From Callorhinchus milii (lineage: Eukaryota), in NCBI RefSeq assembly GCF_018977255.1, contig NW_024704743.1, positions 8,372,001 to 8,436,000 on the forward strand: a DNA stretch of 64,000 nucleotides, in the 5' to 3' direction. Shown here piece after piece: positions 49,520 through 62,449 of the stretch (its first letter is position 1; the number at the start of each line of letters is the position of its first letter). The position numbers and the translations under genes are program-made. The notes below the pieces were generated by a model, which saw only the letters and a program-made list of their open reading frames with translations, had not been told where the DNA came from and did not search any database.

Positions 49520-52500
49520 TCAACATATAAAATGTTAATGCTGCTCTGAGCCCATCATTATACAACATCATAAGATTGGTTCGAAAAAGGCTTTTCTGCC
49601 CATCCAATCTCATCTCTCGAGAACAACCACTCTACCATCCTTCCATCACTGCATCACTTTTCCTGGCAAATTGATCTTCGATTACACTCTGAGTAAAGAG
49701 AAACTTCCTTCTATCTGTTCTGAAATTGCGCTTTACAACTCTTAAACCATTGTCTTCTTGTTCTACTGTCTTGTTACATCCTAAAGTATTGATCTGGGTT
49801 TACTTTTTCAATCTCAATCCCTGTGTCTTTTTGCTCTGTTGAGTTTGGCATTTCTGAAAGTATTATTTTGGGCTTACTTTCTCTATCCCACTTGGTATCT
49901 TTTGTTCCTCTGTAAGGTCAACCTTGATTTCCAATATGGATAACCTTGAGCATGGAGATGTGTTTCCACAGGTGTCACACGCCAGGCTGACCAAACAAAA
50001 TCCTCCTGAGACATCCATTTTCTGTCAAATGAATGAACTGGTGGAACAGGCTCCATGGACTAATGCCCGTTCCCGTTCTGCTATGATCCACACACTGCTC
50101 TATGTAGGCTTCTAAGATTCTGAGAAAGCTTCTAGAAGGGACCGTACAGAAGCACATAAACTCCAAAATTCAACACTAAACAACAGCAAATTGCATTTAT
50201 ATAGGATCTTCATGTCTGGAGGATGCCCCAAGATGCTGAACAATGATGGGTTTGCGGGTTGGTATCAGATAGAGGTGGAGGGCAAGGGGAATGGAGGAGG
50301 GAAGATAACCAAAAGCACGGTCAAAAAGGAAAGTCTTGAGATGGGGAAGACCATCTAAAGAAAAACGGTGCTATAGAGATACATCTACTGCCTCCAGCTT
50401 GCCTGACAGGAGATCCTTGAATTGAGAACCATGACTAATCCTCATTGAATGCTCATTTCAATTGAACCTGTTATTAAACACGTCAATTCAACTTGCTGTT
50501 GGCCAAGCAGGAAACCCCTCAATCTCCCTCGGCAGTTGTGGGACATCCCATCACTCCTCCCCTTCCCCAAATGAGAGTGCTCAGTTCTTCATTAGTTTCA
50601 ATTATTCCAGTTGTTATTATTCCATCAAATTACAATGTTTGATGTTGTCATCAACAGCCCTCAAGAGAAGTCTCCATCTCTATTTTTTAATAGAAGTATA
50701 AAATGAACATTTTCACAGGACCCAGTACAGTTAAGCCTTATTTATAATATTGGTTCTGAGACTGTCACTCAGCCAATCCCAATTTTTTAATTTCATATCC
50801 AAAGCAATGCCAGTTTTTCCCAGGAGCTGTCTCTCTCTCGCTCTGTCATTGCTCAAATGCCGCAGAATACCTTTCCAAGGGCATATTCACATTGAGCAAA
50901 TATATTTTCCACAAAATAAACATTCTTTTCATTGTTAAAAAAAATCATCTGTCCATTAAAAATAAATTAAAATCAGCCACAGAGAGCGAGAGAGAGCTTG
51001 TACTTTTACCAGCTGATTGGAAAAGTCATTCTTAATCTGTAATTGAATCTGATTTCCTATAAATTTTAAATAGCGAACTACAAAGGGGATGTGTTAGGGC
51101 TGCAAATGAGATGAGGTCGGGTGGGATGGAGTGTGACATTTCTCAGTGCAGTTTGCTTACTCCCTGTGCAGAGCTTTAGCTATCACTCATGCTTGAGTTA
51201 CAAGTCAAACCGTGTGGACTTTAAGAGGCATTGGAGGGTGACGCAGTGCAAGGGAGCAATGCTGTTGACAAGCTGTGCTGTGGCAGATTATCTTTGTTGA
51301 GACACCCTCGCCTCCGGGGCAGAAGATAAATGGTTCAAGCTCCACATTGGGAATTGAGCTTATACTCTAGGCCACGATGGCCTAACTGTCAGCCCAGGTC
51401 CAGCCTGAGGAATGGTTTCACCCAGGACACGAACACAATCACACTGTGTGTTCAGAGCCAGCAGGAAAAACAGCGGGCGTGCCACATTCCTTACTTCTAC
51501 TGATCAAAAACCTCAACTCATTCCAACCTCTCCTGGAAAGACGCTATATAAATGTAATTTGTTGTTGTTGTTGTCCTCACCTTTGCTTCAGGCCTCATCA
51601 CTAGCTCACTGTGGACTGATTTCTAGGTCCTCACCCTCCCCTGCAAATCCACCCATTCCCTGGCACCTCCTTATTTCTCTGTATAAATGCACGGTGTTGA
51701 TGTTGTGTTAAAATGGCTGCAATGTCTCACTGCAAAAATATTCAGTCACTACACTCGAGAGTAATTAGTGTAAAGCGCTTCAAGACGTTTCAAAAAAAAG
51801 TTATTTCTTGTAAGTAAAACATACGTTGTCTCTAACTGGCAGATAGAGGGCTGAGGTTCACTGTTAAAATGTAAAGCGCTTTGAGATGATTCAACATGAT
51901 AAGGCACTATATAATTGCAAATTATTTTACATATATATAATTAATATACATCAGATTATTCATCATAAAACGGCCCTGCATTAATCAGCTCTTAATTGGT
52001 TAGCAATTAGGATCTACATAAGCAGGGGTTAGTTAATCAACTCATATTTCTGCTTGTCCCAGACCTGACCATTTGTCAGCAGAATTGTGAGGACTGACTT
52101 GGCTGGACAGCCTGGCAGGTGTGTTGCAGTGAAGCCCCTTCATTACTGAGAAAACATTTGACCGCAGTTGCTTTAATGAAAGAACCATAGTTGCTTGGTT
52201 CAACAGTTGCCTTCTCAAGCTGAATTTGAATGAGGTGCAGGGTACAGTGTGTGTGATGTCCTCTTCCTGACTGATTTCCTTTTAGAAGACCTCAGAGGGA
52301 ACGTTTGCTGCAAATTGAGATCATTTTGAGATGCCGAATAAGGGCTCCTTTTGTACACCATTCGCTCAGTAACTGTTTTCTTCGGCTGCGAGCTGTGTAA
52401 TCTAATTGTATGTAGTGGGTTTGTACGGGAACAAAGAGAACAAATTGTACTAATAACCCACAGTGTAACAATGTGGACTTTGCCTGAAGGTATATGTGTT

Positions 52501-53474
52501 CATCGATGTGTGACTGACTGGTAGGTTGCGTGCAAATTAATTATAATAATAAAAAAAAATTGCATTTGATACACTGTCTTATTATTGTCAAAATTTGTCA
52601 GATAATAGGATTCCTTCTATTTGAGAATGTGCCTCATCACATTGTCGCAACATCGAAAAGCTCTTCACAGAGTATATAGTAAAGCGGTGTGACTGTATTT
52701 TGGGGATGAACATGGCAGCAAAATTGTGTACAGCAATGTCATATAAACAGCTATGGAGTGAGTGACCAATTTTATTTGAGGATTTACTTGTAAGATACCA
52801 GGAGAAACTCTCTTCTCTTTTTGAATTATGCAATGATATCTTTAATGTCCACCTGAATAGGCAGATGGGATAATGTTTCATCCGGAGGATGGCACCTCTG
52901 GTACTGCATTGGAGTGTCAACATGGACTATATGGGCTCCATATATGATGACAGACCAGCGAGCTTGCCTCATTGACAGGAATTGGAGGGGCAGACAGGAA
53001 GCAGTATTCTCCACACTGAGCTCCTGTTAACCCTGCAAGCTAAAGTCCTAACAGGCAAGACGATCCTAACTGGATAAGCAACAGGAAGCTTGCCAGACAG
53101 TGCTCAAAATGGTAAGACATGAAGTTTTAGCTGATTGAAGTCCAGCAGTACCCCAATGTAAGCGGGTGCATGTATTCTCACCCACACTAAATTTCATACC
53201 CCCCATCACACCAGTCCTCACCAGACTCCACTAGCTCCTTATCACAGAACGGATCCTTCAAGATCTTTTCAACCTGCCTACAAATCCTTTTACGCTCTGG
53301 CACCTCCCCACCTTTCTGACCTGCTTTCTCCCCACTCCACTACCCGCTGTCTCCTCTCAGCTGGCTCTGACCTTCTGTTTGTCCCTCGTGCTGTCTGCTC
53401 CACCATCGGCAGCCAACACTTTCATCCACTACGCCCCGAAGCTTTGGAACTCTCTTCTTCAATCTCTCCACTTT

Positions 53475-53784
53475 ATAATAATAATAATCCTTGCATTTGA
53501 TATAGCGCTTTTCACGTCTTCTAGACATCTCAAATCACTTCACAGAATAGACTGTAAAGTGAATTGACTGTATATTTGTGGGTGAAATGCAGCAGCCAAT
53601 TGCGCACAGCAGTGTCCCACAAACAGTCGTGGATTGAAATGACCAATTTATTATTGTTTTTTTTGAGGAATTATTATCAGGCGTGTGGAGTAAGGAAACT
53701 TTCCCAAGGTTTCACCCTGTTGGGAATCAAACCCAGGTCTCTCGCTTGCAAAGCGATGCTCTAACCACTGAGTTAGAGGACTCC
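53475..53784 (-). mobile_element. Young tRNA-derived SINE nested within L2/CR1 fragments
   Basis: Full head and (ATT)n tail. Confidence 0.88.
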
Positions 53785-54736
53785 TGGGCAATGGGAGTGC
53801 TTAGACGATTTTTCTTTCCCCCACAGAGTTGTTGGGACGTGAAAACCCTGCCAACGAAGGTGGTAGAATCAGAGTCCATTGTGGGTTTCAAGGGGGAAGT
53901 AGACAGGTACATGAAGAATAGAGGCTTGAAGGAGTGTGGAGATAGGGTATTGCCACTCTTTTAGATCACAGCTGAAGATCTTCCTCTTCGATCGTGCTTA
54001 CAGTCACCTCCTCCTGTGCTCCGGCTCAACATCAGGCTCCACCAATGTTAAGCACTCCGAGACCCTGCCCCGCGTGAAGGGCGCTACATAAATGCAAGTT
54101 GTTGTTGTATTCCATTCCAGACGCAGAGATATGGAGGGATTCTGAGTCTGGTTTGGATACTCTTAAGCATGTTGTTGTGTTTCTGCATGTGTCTGACCAA
54201 AAAAGAAAGCTATAGTGACTACAACAACAACAACGACACACATTTATGTAGCACCCTTCACACTGGGTAGCATGCCAGAGCATTTATTGTTATATGGACC
54301 AATACAACATCTAATCTGCATTAGCAGCAGCCTAAAATTGGTTGCTGGGTTTCACCCACAAATATACAGTCAATTCACTTTACAGTATATTCTGTGAAAC
54401 GCTTTGAGGTGCCTAGAAGACTTGAAAAGCGCTATATCAAATGCAAGGATTATTATTATGTTACAAACAGCAATGTGAACTTATTTAATTATTGTCTTAT
54501 TTTGTTCTTATTGCAACTAAACACTTTCCCAACATTAAAAAACGTATTCTTCACAAAAACACATATAATCTGGATTTTACTATAAAAGTTATTCTGTCTT
54601 GAAAGTTGAGTGCCCATTTTACAATACAGGATCACAAGGTTTATGGATGAAACAGACTCCTCGGTCCATTTGATCTCACCCTTCCAGAACATCTACCCAA
54701 CCTTCTTCCCATTATAGCATAAAATCATAGACATTT

Positions 54737-55760
54737 ACAACAACAAAATTACATTTGTATAGCGCCTTTCACATTGGGAGGACATCCCAAGGCACTGGAC
54801 AGTGTACAGCATTTCAGACCTGAGCTGGGGTCAGGGGGGAGAAGGGAGGGGAAGGGGGATGGCCGATGGCATGGTCGAAGAGGAGGGTCTTGAAGTGGGA
54901 CTTGAAGGAGGCTAAAGAGGGGGCGAGCTGGATTGATTGAGGGATGGAGTTCCAGAGGTTGGGGGCAGAGTGGCTGAAGGCTCTCCCGCCAATGGTGGGG
55001 CGGGTGGGTCGGGGGACGTGGAGCAGGCTGAAGCCGGCTGAGTGGAGGGAGCGGGCGGGTTGGTAGGGGGTTAAGAGGTCACAGAGATAGGGTGGGGTGA
55101 GACCATAGGGCTTTGTAGGTGAGGACCAGGATCTTGAACTGGATCCTCTGAAGGATAGGGAGCCAATGGAGTCGGGCGAGAATGGGGGAGATGGGGTCAC
55201 GGAGTTTGGTGCGGGAGAGGATTATCTGCAACCTGTGGAGGGAGGAGTTGGGAAGGCCGACAAGCAGGGTGTTTGCATAGTCGAGCCTGGAGGTGATGAA
55301 GGCATGAACAAGAGTTTCCGCGGCCTGAGGGGTGAGGTAGTAGTGGAGTCAGGCGATGTTACGGAGGTGAGGGAAGGCAGAGGGTCATGGCTTGGATGTG
55401 GGGAAGAAAAGACAGTTGAGGGTCGAACAAGACACCTAGGTTCATGACTGGCTGGCGAGTTGATGTTGCCAGAGGCTGAGGTGCAGAGGCGCTGGCGCGA
55501 GCCAATCAGGAGGGCCTCAGTCTTGTTCACATTCAACTGCAGGAAGTTTGCCCTCATCCAGGACTTGATGTCCGACAGGACAGCAGTGGTCCTGGAGTTG
55601 AGGGTGGAGGCAAAAAGATAGAGTTGGGTGTCATCCACATACATATGGAAGTTGACCCCATGTCTGCGGGTGATGTCACCAATGGGGAGCATGTAGATAT
55701 TAAAGAGGAGAGGGCCAAGGACAGAGCCCTGGGGGTCACCAGAAATGACAGTGCAGGGGC
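54737..55760 (-). mobile_element. L2 LINE 3' ~1 kb including the RT catalytic motif
   Basis: [19 protein letters not shown]...[10 protein letters not shown]...[11 protein letters not shown] and the 3' end LWNSIP...FKTLLFD. Confidence 0.92.
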
Positions 55761-57255
55761 TAGACAGCACAGAAGGAGGCCATTTAGCCCATCAAGTCAT
55801 TTAGTTCTAAAAGCTAGGTGTTCATTTCAATCTCTTTAATCTGGAAACCCAATCCAGTGGCTTCTACCAAACTTCCTGGTAACAAGAGATCGAAATGAAG
55901 GTTGAGTGCAGCAAGTTTTCAAATCATCTTCCACTCAGTTTTATCATATACTATACATGTTGAATTTGTTACTATAACAACCAACCGCTTTATCTGTTCC
56001 GAAGAATAAAACATTAAAAAGAACTAACCCATTCACTTGGACAGCAAAGTCCTCTGAACAATTCATTTTAAGAGAAAACTGCAAACATGAGGGGAGGGAA
56101 TAGACCAATATGTCCGCTCTGCAGGCACTGACTGCTCCACGTCCCCCACTCTGTCTGCTCCACTATCAGCAATCAGGTCTTCAGCCTTTCTACCACCACC
56201 CTCTGGAATTCCATCCCAGAGCCCCTCTGCCTCATCCCCTTCCTTGCCACCTTCAGGGCCCATTTCAAGACCTTCCTTTTCAACCATGTCTTTAGTTATC
56301 TTCCCCTCCTCCAACCTCTTGCCCTGCACCCCTCTCTGATCCCAACCCGCATCTTGGGTACATTGTCCAGCACCTGGGATGTCCTCCCTATGTGACAGGT
56401 TCTACATATATATATATATATGCAATTTGTTCCTGTTGTAAAGGGGTGCAGGAGAGGGCAAAATGAGGGTTGGGGCCTCATCTGGAGTCTAAACATTAGC
56501 AGAAACTAGTTGGGCCAAATGACCCTTTTCCATAACGTATAACTCATATGTAACTCAACGTAACTTCATCATTTGTGTATCATAGAATCATACAGCACAG
56601 AAGGAGGCCATTCAGCCCTTCGTGTCTGTGCTGGATCTTTGAAAAGAGCTATCCAATTCAATCCCACTCCCCCACTTTCTCCCTGTAGCCCTGCAAACTT
56701 GTCCAGATAAATAATTATCTATTTGACTATAATAGACTATATTCAGCCACTCTCTCCTGTTTTCTAAAGCATTGAAACTTATTTTAAACTGATGTTTTCT
56801 AGAAAACAAGCGGTTCTTTTGTTCAGACTGGCACGTGGTGGAATTTTTAATGGTTGAACAAGAAAAGATGTAAAGACAATCTTAAAAACTGTTTATAAAT
56901 CCTACTACAGCTCGCCCTTTGTTCAAAGCTATTAGCTCAATGCTGTCTACAAATTAGCTGCTATCTTTGCCTGTAAATATAATCACTACACTGTAAACAA
57001 ACACTGTGAAGCACTTTGCGACATTTTCAAAGTGGTATATCAAATGCAAGGATTATTATTATTTGATTAAGGTGAGATCCTTGTTGAGCGTTATCTATTT
57101 CTGGTACAAACAATAGTACAATAACACAATGTAGCAGTTTCCATAATCTCCATCTATTGGAATAGTTTATTACTGTAGTATTATTACTACTGCTCTAAAT
57201 GAACTGCAACACAATGTTGGCAAACTGAGGAAAGTCCACATGTTGTCTGGGTTGC

Positions 57256-57288
57256 TGCAATTCCCGTGGCATCCACCAGATGGCAGAA
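57256..57288 (+). promoter_or_regulatory. CTCF-like site with upstream (ZF9-11) module
   Basis: TGCAATTCC-cgtggcat-CCACCAGATGGCAG. Confidence 0.65.
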
Positions 57289-59718
57289 CAATTTCATTTA
57301 CAAGATTGACTCATTAATACTGTGAACACATTTCTCAGTCTGCATTTCAGCCACACTTTAATGAGGTCCTGCGACATTATTTAGGACTCCTTACATTTGC
57401 TTTTTATTTAACTGTATTCAGAGTGTATCATAGTAAAATAATAATAATCCTTGCATTTGATATGGCGCCTTATCACGTCATTGAGACTTCTCAAAGCACT
57501 TCACAGAATATACTGTAAAGTGATTGACTGTATATTTTGTGGGCAAAAGGCAGCAGCCAATTGCATACAGCAGTGCACCACCAACAGTCGTGAAATGAGT
57601 GACCACATTTTTTTTCAAATGAGAGCATCTTACAATAACCGTAGGTACATCGCACCGACCCAGGATAACTCTGCTTTGAACAATGAATTTCCAGAGCATT
57701 GTTCCCATGGGCCATTGAGCTATGAGGAGTTGGGTTATGTGGCAGATTAACCGGGGGTGCAGCTGATTCATTAACAAATACTATTAAGAAATACTGCAAA
57801 TGAGACCAAATGAACAGCAGGATTCTAAGTAGCTATTATAGTTCATATCAAAGTTTCTCTTATATAAATGTGTTTATTTAATTACTGTATGTTTAAGAAA
57901 GTTTTTGACTGCAACAAGACGCTTTACTATTACTTTTCCTCAAGTCATTTCATCCTGCCAGTCATAATATAACACATTTGGCAGATGTTATTACTTGTAC
58001 AGTAGTTGCACACCATGGGACTCACTTCTGCATTAGGCTCTGTCACTGAAGTGTCTTTACATGGTAGAGTTGACATTTTCTTCATATTGAGCTGCAGCAC
58101 AGAGATCAGCTACACTGCTCCAAGGGTTGTGAATACCAACCAGAGTATTCATCCAGTGATGAAGCTTGCTTTTATACTTTAGTTGTGCAGAAAACTACAA
58201 TATCATTGCATTAATCTCAACGTTAATGAGTCCTTTCTGCAAGTTTTCTGCACTATTTTCCGCTCCCCCTCCTTTATGTGAGCACAGGTCATCTACCTCA
58301 CTCAAGTGGTCATTTTTCATGCGTGAGCTTTGAAAGTCAGTTCCCACGCTCTCTGGAACTCCATCCCAGAGTTCATGGTGTCTCTCAAGACCTACCTCTT
58401 TCTTTTAAGTCATCTTTCTCCTCCCAACCTCAGGGCTTGGGAGGTGGTATCAATGCCAAGCCCAACTCTGCTCGCACACAACAGCTACACGTGTAAACCT
58501 CTCATCAGGAATGTTGGATAGTGATCACAAGATCACAAGTTTGGTTTGGCCCATCTGATCTCATCCTTCCTGAATACCCATCAAGCTGTTCTATAAGTGA
58601 GTCCAGCATCCTGGGCTGAACCACAATTCCTAGTAACTAGTAAGAATCTGAAAGTATTCTTCTGGGTTTACTTTTTCAATCTCATTTAAACATTTACACA
58701 ACTCTATAGATAAACTTTGATAAAGTCTCCTTTCAAGACTGAAGAGCCCTAGCACTTCTAATTGTTGTTCGTTGCTCATTCCTCAACACAAGAGCTGGAC
58801 CTCTTCCGCTTCTTAACCCAGGACCCTGAAGTTAATTGTAATAATAATAATTCTTGCATTTGATATGGCACCTTATCACGTCTTTGAGACGTTTCAAAGC
58901 GCTTCACAGAATATAAAACTTGGATTGGAAGAAATGTTTTTGCAGACGGTTGTTGGTGTGTGGAATGTCTGGCCAAGAGCGAGTGTTGAAGTTGAATTTG
59001 TAATAGCATCAGAAAGGCAATTTGATACATACTTGAGGAAAAACTATTAAAAGATTACAAGGAATGAGCAATGGAATTGGTTTAGATAGCTCTAGCATAA
59101 GCACGATGGGCCAAATACCTTCCTTCCGTGCTGAAAACTTCCCATGATTTTTCATGTTTATTGAGTATACCACCGGCTGGAGATCAAACCCTGCTCTATC
59201 AATGTGGTTCAATATACATTGGGTAAAGCATTGGAGTCCTTTTTTATTAAGTCTTTATGCCAATAATAACAGCTATGACACAGAGAAATTACTGATCGCA
59301 ATAGATAGGCTGATGAATATTACAGATTTAAATTGTATTGAATGTGTAAGTTAAATGTACCTTAAAGAGATTAGAGTCAAATTTATGTTTAGCACCGTAA
59401 GTATTACTTTTTGTTACTTGTGAGTCAAATGATCCCAATTCTTCAGGGCAAGTAATATAACCATTGAGAACATAAAACTCATGTGTTGAATGTTGATTCT
59501 GTTTCAGTTGGTAGTACACTAACCTCGTGGTTATAGGTTCAAACCCTGTAGAAAGAGGTGAACTCATACTGTAGGCCAGTGTGGTTTAGCCTTCAGGGTT
59601 TCGAGGACTGGATGCCATATTTGAGAAACGTCCGTGGACAGAATAAGCATTATTTTTGTTTTTCCTTCCAGAAACATAAAAGAATTATCCAGAAATCCTA
59701 TGTTTTAAATTGTGTAAT

Positions 59719-59812
59719 TGTATTATTAAATATTTAATATTTAATAATACACATATATTTCCATTTGAACTGATCATTATTTAATAATGATCAGTTCAAA
59801 TGGAAATATATG
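59719..59812. repeat. Two abutting perfect palindromes (16-bp arms and 30-bp arms, each with a 1-nt T spacer)
   Basis: tgtattattaaatatt-t-aatatttaataataca and catatatttccatttgaactgatcattatt-t-aataatgatcagttcaaatggaaatatatg. Confidence 0.95.
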
Positions 59813-60504
59813 CCTCAATTTTTTTAATGTATTAAAGTCAAAAGACAACATATCAATTCAGCACGTGGAGGCCCCTACAGAGAATGCTCAACACAAACAA
59901 AAACAGATTAATCCACAATTGCAAAACTAATTCTGAACTCCTTCAACACAGATGTGACTTGCAAGCAAACAACGCATGAGGTCGAGCGCTTTGGGATGTC
60001 CTCCTGTCATGAAAGGTGCTATACAAATGTAATTTGTTGTTGTGTTCCAGTACTTTCAATAAGCAAGTAATCCACTTCCCACTTACACTGAAATCCTCTG
60101 TGAATTTAAGATTACATGGCGCATATTTGAAAGACCAAAGAGTTCTCCCAGTGACAATGACCGATAGACCAACACTCAGGAAAAAATAATTATGATGCAG
60201 AATAATTGTTCATTTGTTGCGCTTTATGAGACTTTGATAGTCCAGGCCAGCTGTTATGTTTGTCTGTATCACAAGTTACGATATTACTAAAGTTACATGT
60301 GTACATCATGTGATATTTTTGCGGTCTGATAAGGCAATGTAACAAATGATTTTTTTAAAATTTAAAAACATAAAGCATGGAATGAGAGATACCTCTGTCC
60401 CATCCACAGAACATGAAAATCAATGCATTCTATTCTATTGAATATCTCCTACCCACCCATTCCCTCTCTTGTGGAAAGCCTTCATCACAAAGACAATAGA
60501 GCAA

Positions 60505-60815
60505 AAGACTCGTCCTTCAGATGTTAAACCAAGGTCCTGTCTGCCTGTACAAATGGCCATTAAAGATCCCATAGCACTATTCGAAAAGAGTAGGGAATTT
60601 CTCTCGGTTTTCCTTGCCAACAATCCCTGAAAATAAAATCGGTTATTCACTTCATGGCTGTTCGTGGGACATTGCTGCATTTATAGGCGAACACAGCATA
60701 TTGGCTGCTGTGTTTGCCTATAAAATACACAGCCACTGCACTTAATAGTAAATACTGTGAAGCAACCTCTTGATGTGAAAGGCGCTATATCAAATGGAAG
60801 AATTCTTATTGATTT
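60505..60815 (+). mobile_element. Deu-domain SINE 3' part
   Basis: gatgttaaaccaaggtcctgtctgcctgt...ttaaagatcccatagcactattcgaaaagagtaggga. Confidence 0.75.
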
Positions 60816-61012
60816 ATGATTCTAATATTTACCACATCTCCACGATTCACCGCCCCCCTTCTTCCCTCTGCAGACAAATTACTTCCATGCTCAGTCTCAG
60901 CAAAACAGAAATCATTCTGTCCTGTGAACTATTTGTTTGTCTCAACTACATCCTCCAATATCTATCCTCCTTTTGGGGGGGGTGGGGGGGGGGGTAAGGG
61001 GGCTATCCTTGA

Positions 61013-61540
61013 AGCTGAACTGGCTCAAAGGTGACATGCCTGGCAATGGAATGTCGGGATTGAGCCATCCCACTGTGGTGGTCTCGGTCGTCCAATTCCT
61101 GAGCCTGCAACAGCCAGCCTGGTTCATTGGCAGGCTTGGATGGGCAGACCAGTTACCCGGGACAGGGAATCATCCCACTCAGCTCCTCTTAATCCTGCAA
61201 GCCAAAGCGCTGACGGCTAGGGTGGTCCTGGTTGGACAAGCAGCGGGAAACCTTGCTGTACAGTAATATCAATGGCAAGCTATACAGCCTTAGCTGGTCA
61301 GACTCCAGCAGTTACCCCAATACACACACTGGGCTCCCCAAGCCTTGGCTCTTGCCAACCTGCTCCTAATATTTTCCCAAATTAGATAAGCAGAATCATT
61401 CCCTCCAGGGAGAGAGAGCACATTCCATTCCAACAATCTATCTCTGGGATTTCCATGTGTAGGTGGGACGCATGCAATTCTCAGCTTGGTTTGGCTACTC
61501 TTATGCGTGGTGATGGGTTTCCGCATGTGTCAGACACCTG
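61013..61540 (+). repeat. Unclassified ~550-bp dispersed repeat, copy B
   Basis: Colinear with 45570-46110. Confidence 0.8.
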
Positions 61541-61699
61541 ACTAACACCCCACACCCACCCCCCGACCAAAATAAAATCCTCTAATATTGTTCTGAGACA
61601 GATAATTAATTAACTGGTTTGTTTTTTGAAGAAGTTAATTAGCGCAGTATGAACTGCTCTTGTTGGAATTTTTATCACAGATCCACCACACTGCAGGGA

Positions 61700-62090
61700 G
61701 CAGATTTCTAGTTCTGCCTGAGACTTGTTAATTTTAAACCTCGATGAGTGTGAGGCAGAGGCCAGGGAAGTTGAGGAGTGCAGATCCACAGGAGTGAAGA
61801 CGTTGACGGGAGCCAAAGAGTATGGCTTCTGCCTTGTCCACATTCAGCTGCAGGAAGTTTGCACTCATTCAGGTCCTGATGTCTGCCAGACAAGCTGATA
61901 GAATATCGGGGGACCTGGAGTTGGTACTGGAGGAGGCAAAGCAGATTAGTGTGTCATCCACATACATGTGGAAGTTTACCCGGTGTCTGCAGATCACATC
62001 GCCCAGAGGGAGCATATAGATAAGAAAAAGGAGCAGGGTAAGGATGGAGACCTGGGGTACCCCACAGGTGAGCACCTGACCAGGACAAAT
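61700..62090 (-). mobile_element. L2 RT fragment
   Basis: [34 protein letters not shown] in ORF 61869..62174. Confidence 0.85.
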
Positions 62091-62116
62091 ATTGGCAAGG
62101 AGCTGGAAAATGGGAT

Positions 62117-62449
62117 TATAATAATAATCCTTGCATTTGATATAGCACCTTATCATATTGTTGAGACGTTTCAAAACGCTTCACAGAATATACTGTAAAG
62201 TGAACTGACGATATTTTGTGGGCAAAACACGGCAACCAATTGTGCACAGCAGTGTCCCACAAACAGTCGTGGATTGAGTGACCAATTTTTTACCCCCGGA
62301 AAGCAATTCGGTTAATAACTGGGTGCCTACTTACTGCTAAGGTAAGTGTAGACTAAGGAAACTTGCCTAATGTTTCGCGCTGCCTGGGAATGGAACTCAG
62401 GTTCTCTTGCTTGTGAAGCGAGCGCACTAACCACTATATTACAGGACTC
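62117..62449 (-). mobile_element. tRNA-derived SINE, long variant
   Basis: Head reverse ...accactatattacaggactc; (ATT)n tail. Confidence 0.85.

Noticed and set aside
55222..55770. 182-aa RT-like ORF (and ORFs 7241..7765, 61869..62174, 32842..33114) as host genes
   Set aside because: Frameshifted, truncated L2/CR1 ORF2 remnants with retroelement tails
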